Part shown: positions 48,592 through 60,500 of the stretch, piece after piece | How the letters are laid out: each line of letters begins with the position of its first letter | Position numbering within the stretch: position 1 is the stretch's first letter | The notes under the pieces: generated by a model | Databases searched by the model: none | Seen by the model: only the letters and a program-made list of their open reading frames with translations | Told to the model about the DNA's origin: nothing | Translations under genes and position numbers: made by a program | Source of the DNA: Chara braunii | Taxonomy: Eukaryota > Plantae > Charophyceae | Direction: 5' to 3' | DNA: 64,000 nucleotides | NCBI GenBank assembly: GCA_003427395.1 | Contig: BFEA01000035.1 | Location: forward strand, 3,805,139-3,869,138

Positions 48592-51500
48592 TTGTCTCTA
48601 CGGACTCTCTCTTTAGTAGACGACGTGACTGATGAGATCTTTCCAGGCAGACTTTTGTTAGGAGAAAACTCTACTTCTCAGATTTTCTCTGAGTTGGCAG
48701 TATTTTCTCCTAGCAGGCCTACTTGTTCGGCTAACATGATGTCATTTGAAGGTGATCTACCACAAAAACTCGTTATGGAACCCGATACAGTGATTGAGGA
48801 AGTGAGGAATGTTCATGCACATTTAACACCTCAAATGGTAGAGGAAAAAAAAAATAAAAAAAAATCGATGAGGCTCTGATTGAAATTCTTGATGATAAAG
48901 GACCAGAACCTTTACCAAAGAGAAGTGAGCAAGGGAAGAAGATAAAATTTCTACTCAAGAGTGAACTAGAGGATGAACTGTAATTACTGATGTAATTACT
49001 AAGATGCTGGAAGAAACAGAGGTGACGTTGGCCTTCAAGGAGACAATGACACTAACGCCTAAACTGAGTGAGGAATTGAAGAAATCAATTGAGAAGAAGA
49101 GAAAGTTAATTACTTGGGATCAGTCTTTTCTGGTCAGGTTAACAGAGCCTTGTCTGGATGTAAGATGAGATTCGTAACTATGGGTTGTGACTATTTAACG
49201 ATCTATATTAATCAAGTGAAAATTTGAGCATTAGTGAACTCTGGGGCAGAGATGATACTTATATCTTAGAAGGCAATGGAGGCCTGTGGTCTCACTATTG
49301 ATAGGCCTGCGATGCAAACGCTAAGCAATATTGCTGGAGAGTTCTTCGTGGCTGGATTTATTGACGATCTGTCATTTAGAGTTGGGTTGATGGCAGTCGA
49401 GCTATTGAGATTCGTGATATAAGACTTGGATCATGACTGCATTCTCGGCACTCCGTTGTTACATAGGATGAAGGTTGTCCAGTTCTTCAGTCATGAAGGG
49501 TCATCCAAGATTAGTCTGCAAGACCCGGAAGTTGCACAAGAGCAGACTTTCGTGGTCTGCCCGACTGACCATCACAAGCACCAGATATTAGTCAACTCAA
49601 TTAGAAGGGAAGAGTCCGCTGAGAGGGGAAAAAATAAACAGGAATTTAAGGAGGAAGTCTCAGTTGATATCAATCAGATTTCAAAGATGGTAAAAGCCCT
49701 TAGTAAACTCAAAGACGAAGATTGACAGATTAAGGCATTTAAGAAGGGTGTTGAGACTGCCAAGGGTGAAAAAATGGAATTAAAGTTTGCAAACTCATCA
49801 TTTTTTAAGAAAATAGCCACTGGGTCAAAAAAAAAAAAAAAACCCAAGGGGGTGAAGAAGAACCCAGTGGCAGTCCTATTAGAAAATGATTATGACGAGA
49901 CACTGAAAAAAGAAAGGAGAATTATTAAGGCATTAATGAAGTCTGCAAAGAGGTGGTCCTCGCAAATTCACACAGGATTTTCCGTGTCCCATGCTACTTG
50001 GGTTAGAGCTAAAGCTTGTGTTGCTTTCGACTACTGGAATAGAGTCATCAGGGAAAGGTTTGACACGATGAAGATAGGCTTTGATCAATTTATTCTGCCT
50101 AAAGAGAAGGAATATATCTTCAAGGTTTGTCAAGAGTTCTCTGGTGCATTCTCTTTTAATGATGAAGAAAGTGGGCGGTTGGATGTGGATATGATTAAAA
50201 GACAAAAAAATTGACAATTGATCACATCCCATGGAATGACAGACCAACTAAGTATGCCCTGAAAGAAGAGGCAGAAGTGGTAAAGTACCTTGACCAGAAG
50301 ATTGCATCTAATGTTGTTGAACCTGCTGATGGACCATATGCTAACCACTGGTTTTGCTTTTGGAAACCAAGGGGTGGATTGAGATGGATACAAAATCTTC
50401 AGAAGCTCAACTAAGTAACGGTACGTGATGCAGATAGTCTTCCTAATGCTAATCTCATTTCTAAATCCTTTGTTGGTCGATGCATTTATTCTTTAATTGA
50501 TCTATGATCAGTTTCTCATTGATCCTACTAGTCGACCGATGACTGTCATGCACACGCCAAGGGGTCTCATTCAGATGTGTGTGGTGCCTCAAGGCTGGAC
50601 TGATGGTGTGGCAGTGGTTCAAAGAGATATGATCAAAGTCATGCATGATATCTCGCCAGAGATAACTTGCCCATACATTGATGATAATCCTGTAAAAGGG
50701 TCTATGGTAAGAGATGAGACTTTGGTTAGGGATGACGTCATAAAGTTTGTCTGGGAGCATGCTGAAAAAGTAAAGTTGGTCGTAGAGAGACTTCAGAAGT
50801 ATAATCTGACTGTCAGTGGACCAAAGTCCCTTCTCTTCCAAGCCGAGGTCACTATTTTGGGCTTAAGATATTTCTCCAAGAGTAGGAACCCTAACCCCTA
50901 GAAGATAGACAAAATTTTGAACTGGCGTCTGCCCCTCAAGCGGGTGACAGACGTCAGAAGTATTTTGGGTGGTTGTGGGTTCTGGAGGATTTTCATACCT
51001 CATTTTGCTACCCTTGCGGAGCCACTGAGGGAGATGGTGAGACAATGAGCTGACTTATCTTAGACTGAGAAAAGACAGACTACTACAGAAACTTTACAGG
51101 AAAAATTAAAAGATGGTGGCGTAGTGTTGGGAGTGTCATACTATGACGATGAAGAGGGTAGACCCTTCATAATTGAGGCAGATGCAAGGTCAGTTGTTTT
51201 AGGTGGTGTGCTCATACAGAAAGATGAGAATGGTAGGGAAAACCCCCCTAAGGTTTAAGAGTAGGACTCTCAACTCCACAGAAAGAGGCTACACCCAGTT
51301 TAGGAAAAAACTACTGGTCCTTATCCACTGTCTCAGGTGTTTCAGACACTATATCCTTGGAAGACGATTCATTACGAGAATTGATGCATCTGTTGTTATT
51401 GGTGCAGTAAAAAAACACCAACAAGCAAATCCAACAGTAAGCAGATGGATAACCTTCATTTGGACTTTTGATTTTGTCGTGGAAAAGATTCCAACTTAGA

Positions 51501-53228
51501 AGAACAGGGCAGATGGCCTAAGTCGAATTGAATTGAGGAAATATGAAGAAGAAAAAAATATTGAAGGAACTATTGAAGAATCTTCTTATATTGATAATTT
51601 TCTGGATGAGAAAGATAAAGAAGATTATGAAGTACCAAACTCTTATAAGTGGAGTTTATGGCCTGAAGAAAGAAATAGCTAGGGATAAATCCCTGATGCC
51701 TATGTCTATGAATCAATTATCGAAAAAGAAGAGGAGGAGGAACAAAATGACTGGCATGCAAAAATCAATGCAGCAGTTGTAGCAGTCCATGAGACAAGGG
51801 AAAGTTCGGGCTTAAAGAATAAAGAAAAATGTGAGAAGAAAGAGGAAGAGATATCATTTATCTTTGAAGAGTACGATGAAATTTTACAAGAGATTAGGAA
51901 AAAAATTGAGAAAGAACGGTTAAAGGAATATTATTGCAAGAATTTAAGGAAAAAGTTCAGACTAAAGCGAGGTCACCTCTTCGTGGATGGCAAGGGAGGA
52001 CTACCTCCACTAAGAGTAGTTTGTGGCAAAGAAAGGCAGCTGAAGATAATTGCTGCTTTACACGAGGGGGTTGCTGGTGGCCATAGAGCTGCTGAAGCAA
52101 CCTACTCTAAGACAGTTAAACTTCACTTCTGGTCTGACATAAAAGTTATGATTTATAGATTCTGTAAGTCATGTGTGTTATGTCAGAAGAGGTCCACTAC
52201 AAGGATGATTGAACCTTTGTTTCCTACTATTTTGGTAGAACCGGGAACAGAGTTCATTTGGATCTCGTCACCATGCCACTAGGCAAAGGAGGGATGAGAT
52301 ACATATTGAACATGAAAGATATTTTTTTTTGTTATGTTGAGACAAAGACTCTGAGAAGGAAGACAGCCGAGGAGGTGGTTGACTGGATAGAGGAAGTCTA
52401 TCTCAGGTCCCCCTTCATTAGAGAGTTTGTCTCAGACAGAGAGTTTGAATTCAGAAATGAGATTGTAAGAAGAACCACTCTCAAACTGAAGCTAAAATTC
52501 GATATGTAACTACTTACCATCCTCAAGCAAACGCGCCGATTGAGAGAGGTTACAGTACTCTGAAAGATTCATTGGCCAAGTGATGTGAAGAAAATCTCAG
52601 TAACTGGTCAAAAGTATTAAGAGTTGTTGTTTATGCTGACAACATAACTGTCAAGAGGACTACTGGTTATGCTCCATTCACTCTGTGGTATGGTCGATAT
52701 GCTACTTTGCCTATTGAGAACATAGTCAAGACATGGTCAAGTTAGAAGAGTGACAGAGACTATTCTATTCCAGAGCTCCTTCAGATCAAAATGAGACAAA
52801 TATTAGAAGTTGATCAAGCAGTGATGGATGTTGCAGAGAGAATGACAGTCAGCAGATTATCAGAGGAAGAGAGATGGAACAAGAAAAGATATACAAAAAA
52901 AGAGAAACTGAAAGTTCGTGACGTTGTCCTTCTGTTTGATAGTTCTCTTGAGACTCAATTGACTAAACGATTGTAGCCCAGATGGCTTGATCCCTACAGA
53001 ATTACAGGTGAAGCAGAAGGCAAGGTTTATGAAATATCTAAGATGGATGACTCAAGAGTCCACGACATGATATCAGGGTCAAGACTTCGTAAGTTTATCT
53101 TCAGAGATCCTGACCTAGTTCCCACAATGACCAGGAAGAAAGGAAAGAGAGGACAGTCATCCAGTAAGAGGCAACTCCAGAAAATCGAGAGTAAGTACAA
53201 TGAAACAATGAAAAAGGCTAAAACTTGA
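48592..53228 (+). pseudogene. pol: pol: protease, RT, RNase H and integrase, frameshifted
   Basis: ALVNSGAE (49228); PQGW and PYIDD (50674); FIIEADA...GGVLIQ and FRHYILG; LHEGVAGGH...CKSCVLCQ; HLDLV, SDREFEF, HPQANAPIER; PRWLDPY. Confidence 0.92.
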
Positions 53229-54079
53229 TAGACATTGACTAGCCCTGCATGATCAGTCCAGTGAGTTAATTTTCAGTATGACAGATTTTGACACGAGATA
53301 ATTGAGAAAATCTTCCAGATGATTTATGTTTGTCTGTGCATTGTATTTTTCTCTAGAGACAATGACATTAGAGTTATCGATGCAGAGCCACTGTCGATCT
53401 CTGAGTATCTTACGTCTGAGCAGGGAATAACTTTACAGAGAAAAGAGTGATGATAGATCATCCCTCAGAATATTAATGTGGTATCCAGTCCATCGGATTC
53501 ATGGCTGTGGCATATCAAAAAGTAATCAATATTGATCCCTCACAATTAAGAGAGTCTGACAGGATCAAGAGAGTTCGGCTCTATTTGATCAGAGAGTTAT
53601 CAGTAGAGGGACTTCTTGTCGGCTAAGCTGCCTGTCTGAGAAAGTTATCAGGAAGGTGGGCATAAAGAGGTTCAGCCCTGTCTGACTAGAGAGTTGTCAG
53701 CTGGGGGACCTCGTGCTTTTTGGGTAAGTTGCCTACCTTCAGTTTCAGACGAGGGAAGAGACCTCTCTGGAACCAGTATCTCTATGCTATCTTGAGGCTG
53801 ACGGGAGGTCTCTTGGAAATACTCTCAGATGAGGGAAGGGACCTCGTTGGGGTCAGCACGTTGTGTTCCTTAAGGTTGAAGGGAGGTTTCAAGGGAATAC
53901 ATTGTCGGTTGCTACTTATTGTTGTTCAGTGCCTCTTGAGACTGAAGGGACGTGTTTTAAAAAATGTTTGTTCTGTTATCTGGGGCATGGATTGTCTGAT
54001 TGTGGGCATGAGATGTTTACTTGACCGTCTGTGCTTGGGATTTTTCTTCACTAACTTAAAGATGCATTGATTGTCGGGG

Positions 54080-54380
54080 CTAGCCAGAGCCTTACCGCAG
54101 TAGGTTGCAATCTGGTGGGGTCAGCAGGTCCCCGACGCGAGTGTCGAATTCCGTAGTTGACTGAGGCTAAGACTCCGGGGGTCTAGCCAGTGAGGTCAAA
54201 AGGGGTCAGTTGGAACCCTACCGCAGTCAGAGGATGCAATCCAGTGAGGTTCGCCAGAGCCTGAAACTGTGGTTAGACCGAGTCCCACGTTCAAAAATAT
54301 GGGGAGGGCTGCCAGCGCCCTAGGCCTAAAACTGGTGGGTGAGCCGGTCCCCGACGGCAGTGGTCAAATCCGGGTTCAGG
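54080..54380. repeat. Degenerate short tandem repeats in the element's 3' region
   Basis: Recurring CCAG(A/C)GCC, CTGGTGGG, GGTCCCCGACG, CCAGTGAGGT and TACCGCAGT. Confidence 0.55.
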
Positions 54381-54864
54381 GCAATTTGACTGACGGGAGG
54401 TCTACTGCCATAGGGTGATCAGACCCGCTATAGTCTGGGTGTCCTGGCGATAGTGCCAAAGGGCTGCCATACTCGAGTAGTGGGTATGTTGGTCCTGACC
54501 TGGAGGCAGCTCAAAGAGGCCGTCAAGACAAATGGTCTGAGTGGTCCTGGCCTGAGGCGGGTCGAATAGGGTACGTCAGACGGGCGGGCGGTCTGTCATT
54601 CTTGGCCAGTGGTGGGTCAAAACTAAGGCAATCAATAACTCTGGGCTGTAAAGAACTGTCCTGTAATGTCTCTTAATTTTTTACTTTATCATTTTCGTTA
54701 TTTATTATTTTATTATTTTATTATTTTAATTTGGGTTTTATTTTGTTCACTTATTGCTTGGTTGCTAATTGTCGGGGAACCTGCTTGCTGGAGCACAGTC
54801 TGTTGTCTGTGGGACTCGTTTATTTTGCAGGGACATAAAAATTTACTTGAAGTTCCCGGACCAG

Positions 54865-55035
54865 GAAAAAAAAAAAGGGTTTTGGTATCCCCTTCCCCTT
54901 TTATCTGAGAAGTTGAAGAGATGCGTCACTCATATGAGAGAAAGAAAACAGGGTTTGGTATCCCCTGAGTTGCTTGAGAACTTGAGAAGACGTCTCACTC
55001 TGGCCAGAGAAAAAGAAAAGGGTTTCGTATGCCCT
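54865..55035. repeat. Tandem repeat of about 72 bp, about 2.3 copies
   Basis: AGGGTTT(T)GGTATCCCC...GAGAA.TTGA...CACTC recurs. Confidence 0.65.
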
Positions 55036-55350
55036 ATCCCCAGCATGATAGACAAAGTGAGTTTCATGAGCATTGAGACCAAATTTACAATACCCTCGAC
55101 CATGTTGTCAAGATGAAGGGCAAGGTAATTCGTTTGCTGTAAAAAGTTCAGACTGGGAATAAATTTCAGAATGACAAGAAGGTCAAGCAACAAATCATAA
55201 AGAAAAATATAATATTTCTTAACTTTATTTGGTGGCGGACAAGCGGCCTGGTTCACGAGTAACCTGCATCCCCAGCCTTAACGTATTCAAATTTTCAAGT
55301 CAGGAACGCTATAGAGTGTGACATGAACAGAAGGCTTGAAAGAAGGCAAT

Positions 55351-55821
55351 TCAGAAATTCGAGAGAAAATCGCGCTTATACAGGATGTAAAAGATGATCA
55401 TGAACTCAACTTGAAGTAAGACAAGGAGGAAGAAAATGCAAGAGCGGGTACAATTATTAGTATGAGAAGAGGGAAAGATTGCACATGGGATAGAGGATGG
55501 CAGGACAAGTAATAGGGCTCTACTTATTGTGGGAGAGGTGGGGGCCCTTGGAGTATATTGAGGAGAAGAAGTGTTGGGCGCGCTGTAGCGTGCCTCAAAT
55601 TTCTTCTGAAAATACTTCATCCTCTTTGGGGATGGAGTTCTTTCGTACAACACGGCAAACGGGTGGTGGGGATAAGGCCTTGAGTGTGCGCCATAGCTTC
55701 GTGGCTCATCTTCCTCCTCCTCCGAACTGTATTCACGCCGCGCGTGAACCGGTGTCTCTTCGCGTGCTTTCCCTCCTCTATCACCTCTTCCTCTTCCCTG
55801 TCCCCTACGTGCCTCAGGCAT
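55351..55821 (-). CDS. Putative antisense accessory ORF of the giant element (R/G-rich, acidic, then S/P-rich N-terminus)
   Basis: ATG-initiated 156-aa ORF preceded on the minus strand by a long CT-rich leader (55822-55980). No recognisable domain. Confidence 0.4.
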   Translation of the reverse strand: MPEARRGQGRGRGDRGGKAREETPVHARREYSSEEEEDEPRSYGAHSRPYPHHPFAVLYERTPSPKRMKYFQKKFEARYSAPNTSSPQYTPRAPTSPTISRALLLVLPSSIPCAIFPSSHTNNCTRSCIFFLLVLLQVEFMIIFYILYKRDFLSNF

Positions 55822-57545
55822 AGTGAAAGAAAAATCGAAGAGGGTAACTTGAAGAGACGCTTGGTGATGGGAAAAAAAACTGGGGCACTACTACAAGAGA
55901 AAAAAGAGTGTACTACTAAAGAAGGAAGAAGCGGCTATGGACCATGCAGGAAAAAAACGTTGCAAGAGAAGAAGAAGAATAACGTATATGCTGCGATGAA
56001 CGCGAACTAGTACAGCACATGATTGTCACGTAAGCTTTCTTATGAGTACACTGAGGAAGAATGAGAATCCTAGGCCATGCGCTGTTTCATTCTCTTCAAT
56101 CGACGCATCTCGACCCAACGGGGACGCTGGGTGGGGGTTTGGTATCATGTCGGAGGGCGCGGTGTCCCAACCCTCCTTTGTGTACCCGATTCCTGCTCGG
56201 TGTAAGTACCCTGCCCCAGCTTCTACGGCTCGTTGGACGTGTTCTGAATGTCCACAGGCCTGATACCAGAGCTGTACCTCGATGTGGGCCAGTCCAAGTG
56301 GTGTTTGCCCTGGCAAAAGGGTGCGCCATAGGACTTTCCATTGGTCCACGCAGGCTCGGCACCCTGCTGTACAGCAGAGCACTACCGGCCTGTAACCGTG
56401 GTAACCGTCGGGCTTGCCCTGGGACGCGAAGGTAGAGGGACGGGCGCAGTCTTTTCTACTGCACGCCGAGTGCCCCTCTGCCAGGTTATGGGCTAGATGC
56501 TCAAAGCTATTGTAGCTGTCAGGCAAAATGGGACCAGCTAGGTACCCCAGACACCCACTCCTCTTATGCCGTCTGCATGCTTTCGTTACAGGCCAGATAC
56601 TAGTCTGTAGGGCCTCGCGGAACTGACCCGGTTGCTGGGCTTCCTTGTGGTGCCGCGTAGGCTCGATCCCTTGCCTTTCAGTGGGTCTGCAGCTGAAGTG
56701 ACCGTCGGGCTTGGCAAGGTCCACTCAGCCGTGCACCAAGGCCTGAGGTTCGTGATCTGGGCAAGGTACAGAGGAAAAGAAAAATAAAATAAAAAGGAAA
56801 GAAGAAAAGAGAAGAAACGGGAAAAGGGGAAAGTCGTGTGTCGAGTCTGATTCTCGAGACAGTTCGCTATTTTCGCCTGAAGTGAATACGTGACCTTAAG
56901 TTGTAGTGTCACTGTGACTTTTCCTTTCCCTTTGTTTCGATTTTAGTTTTATCCTTGTTATTATTATTATTATTACTATTATCATTATTACTAAGTTCTT
57001 TTCAGGTATTTTCAGCCCGTCATTTCCCGGGAAGGCTGATAGCTCGAATTTCGAGCTCAGTTACAGTTTGGTCGCCTAGACAAGTCCGATCCCTCGCATG
57101 TCACTCTGTGGCTGAGTCATCTGGTTGAGCTGCGCAGCAGAACCCCAAAATAGGGGCACCCGAGGCCGCTTCGGTAGGAAGCTCATCACCCCCTATAGGA
57201 GGTCATGAAACCCCTCCTTGCCATCGGACGCGGGTACCCGATAATGATAGGCCGATGCTGCGTTTTAAAAGGAGAAATGTGACTGTCAGGATCCCGTTAT
57301 GGGACCGCCTCTTTGAACCGCGGTCACGTCTCAGGGAATTAGTGGCTAAAGGTAGTGTGAGAATTCGATTTGAGGTCTGACCGTTGGATTTCGGCCTCAT
57401 GCTACTAGATTTTCTTTAAAATTTTATCCCTGATTATTCTATGCTTTATTTGTTTGAGTTTTAAAATTACCTATTGAGGAAAATTCGGGAACCCAACTTG
57501 AGTATCTCGTTTAGAAAACAGGTATGTTAGGAGGGCTATTTTTAT

Positions 57546-57562
57546 AAAAGGGGGAGGCAGGC
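57546..57562 (+). other. Polypurine tract
   Basis: AAAAGGGGGAGGCAGGC lies immediately before TATGACTACGGG, which is imperfectly inverted to the LTR end CCCTGCGTGACA. Confidence 0.65.
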
Positions 57563-60500
57563 TATGACTACGGGCCTTGCCTGCGTGCACCTCATGCGCT
57601 GAAAGTCGGAATGCTGCTGGGTGCTAGTGGCTAGAGGGTATCCTGCCCGTGCCTGCGCCCCTGGGTACATGCTATTATGAGCCAGCTGGCCGGTACCATG
57701 TAGAGCCTGTTGAGTGGAGCTTGGCTATGGAGTGTCGAGGTGGGCTATGCGGCTATAGGCCAAGGTACATGAGGTACTCTTGGATGTGGGAGCGTGGGGA
57801 CGAACAACGTGCTCTGGTTGAGACTATACTGACCTATGGGAAATCCACATGAGAAGTGAGACTAAAAATCAATGTCTACGGTCATCGTGAACAGGAAATA
57901 AGGAGAGACCAGGGACTGTAGGAGGCAATTACTGAGGCTCGTAACAGGGTGGAGCGAAGGTGCAGGCGAGACGGGTTGACTGCGAACATGCGGGTAACGG
58001 TCACCTACCATGAGGATGACTCGTCGACTGGCACCACGACTAGGGAGGTGCAACACAACGAGAGGGACTCTAAAGGAGAGTCAGAGATGAGCGATCAGGA
58101 GGCAGATGTCCAGTCCTGGCATGGACAGGATCAGATCCACTGAAACCACCCGCTGGCTGGACCAGTGGAGGACGGGCCTGAGGCCAGTTCGGCCCGACAT
58201 AGAGTGAAGTCAGCTGAGGTTGGACCATCGGGGATGCGGCACTAGTAGAATGCGAGATCGCGCGAGGTGGTTACAGATACTTGGTCTATGCGTGGCACGC
58301 TGAGACCGAGAGGCAAGGGCACGAGACAAAGAGAGAGAGAGAGAGAGAAGGTCGACGCTCAGGCGCAACGCTGGGGGATCAGCTCAACGCTCCAGTGCAT
58401 CGCTTGAGGGACTAGTCCTGTACGCTCGTGCTCATCGTCAGGGCAGTCAGTTATGAGTTCACTCTCGAGCGCGCCCGACGGGGCGAGCCCTTTGGAAGAG
58501 AGTTGACATTATTCTTTCTCCCCTCTCGAACGAGTAACGCCTGGTCATATCACGTGCAATAATGGAGGGCGCCGTCTCGCATAAGCGAGTAGCCGACACA
58601 ACAGTCTTCTCGAGCGAACAGGGGGGGAGGAGTCATCGCGAGGGAACGATGTGTGGGCAATGCATGGTTAGACTGACGGTTTCCTAGTCATGGAGATGGC
58701 GTAATGAAGTGTACGGGGAGAAGCGGTCTAACTAGACTCTTATGGGCGAAGAGAAAGCGTGCAGAGTGATTAACAGATCTGTTCGGAAGCCTTTGTTGGG
58801 CTCATTCGGCTAGCATCTTCCTCATTGACGACTCTCAGCTCATCAGACATAGCTTCAGGTACTAGTTATCTGACAGAAGGCGTGACGAGGGAGGATCGTT
58901 GCGCGTCTTCCATTCAACTCCTCGGCATTCTGGGTCACTTCTTGCTATCATGCCAAGGTTAACAAGGGTGAAATACTTGCCAAGACCAAGTGCGTGTGTA
59001 TTTGTGTGAAGGAGGAAGTGTGCCCGCGGGTGTGCGTGCGGAGCAAAACAACGCAATATCAGTTTGGTGGTGCCACCTACCTGTGCTAGCAAAGGCGGTT
59101 ACTTCTTGCCCTTGTGTCGGAAGACGAAGCATGCACCCTTGGCGGAGCGTACGCGAGGTTTCTTGGTTGATGTAAACAGTAATTTCTTTTGAGTTATGCT
59201 CGCAGCTCTCATAAGGTATTAATTATGTCACAGTTAAGTGGCCATGAGCAGATGGTTGGGGTGCAGCGTGCTGCCTACACGTGGGAAAATTTGGCAGGTA
59301 CCTAACCATAGCGCGATCAGCATAGAAGTAGAGTTTGCAGGGGGGTTACAGACCAAGAGTGGCATGGGCTTAGGAGTGCTCAACGCGTGTGTGCATGACC
59401 TACAAGGGGACTCGCTGCTCAAGCTAACGTTTTTCCCACCTCAAATATGTCACTAGTATCAGTGAGTTGTACTGTTTTCCACATCCGTTAAGGACAGTCG
59501 AGCCTTGGGCGCGAGAGGCGAGCGTCAATTGTGAGAAAGAATGCTCTAGGAAGTGAGATTATTCCGTTAGAAGAAGTATTAGAGGCAAGCGTGCTCTGGA
59601 CGATTGGCTTCTGTCTCCTTCATAGTTTCTGAGGCAGGAAAGGAAGGAATTAAACCTCGGCTGATGTCATCCAAAGCAGAGAGGGGTACTCGAGGATGTG
59701 GGGAGAATTGATTGTGTCAGCTTGCTGCTTCCTGAGAGTGCATGTATGCCCACTGCAAGTCTCTTGTCCGTCCCTGTACCCTTGTGCCCAACTTTTCGAA
59801 CGGGGTTTAATGTTTTAGTCAACAAGAAGTCGAGAGGGGGAGAATACCATGCTTGGGAGTACAGTTAGCTTCAACTGGTTACGAGACTCGAGTCATAGTG
59901 GGAGTCGAGTGTTAACGAAAGCATGTATGCCGAGGTAAGCTCATGGGTGCCATAGGTTTGTGTATCCATAGATCAATAGTGACGGTGAAGATGATGTCAT
60001 CGGTCGTCAGGTTCCTTTCCTCTTCGGTAAGCCGTCATCACTGAGTATGAGACAGTTACGGCTTTGGTGGGGGACAACTAGTGGCCAACTCGCCTTGACC
60101 ATCCAATCTTCAAGGCAACGTCGGACAACCTGGTGGCCTTGCTTTCCTGACTAATTCCATTGACCCAGTCAAGGGTCTGACTCTGGTTGACCGTGACCTC
60201 AATGATGGGTCGTGAAGACTACCTAGGGCGTGAATGCCTTTGCCACCTCGATCTTCGAGCCTGATTCAAGTTGTAGAGCAACTGAATTGGCCGAACTAGT
60301 TTTTGGTCCGTTTTTTGTCGTACTCGGGTCGACCAATGATCGTTACAGCGATGAACGAAAGGCGGTGAAGGTTTGGCAAAGAAGGGGGCTCAATGGATGA
60401 TGTGAAGAACGATATAACTGATGCAGATAAGAAACCTGACTTTTCTTTTGCTGTTATTTTTGGATCTCTCCACTTGCCTTGTCTACGCCTAATTGGAGTC

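Noticed and set aside
49228-49251. Protease active site reads NSG rather than DSG (possible pseudo-protease)
   Set aside because: A single G-to-A transition in a decayed copy is the simpler explanation.
54299-54320. GGGGAGGGC|TG as an alternative PPT and LTR start
   Set aside because: It lies in the middle of a degenerate tandem-repeat cluster that continues on both sides, and it does not mirror the LTR end.
56024-57250. TGTCACG at 56024 as the start of a nested solo LTR
   Set aside because: No matching CA terminus with a TSD was found.
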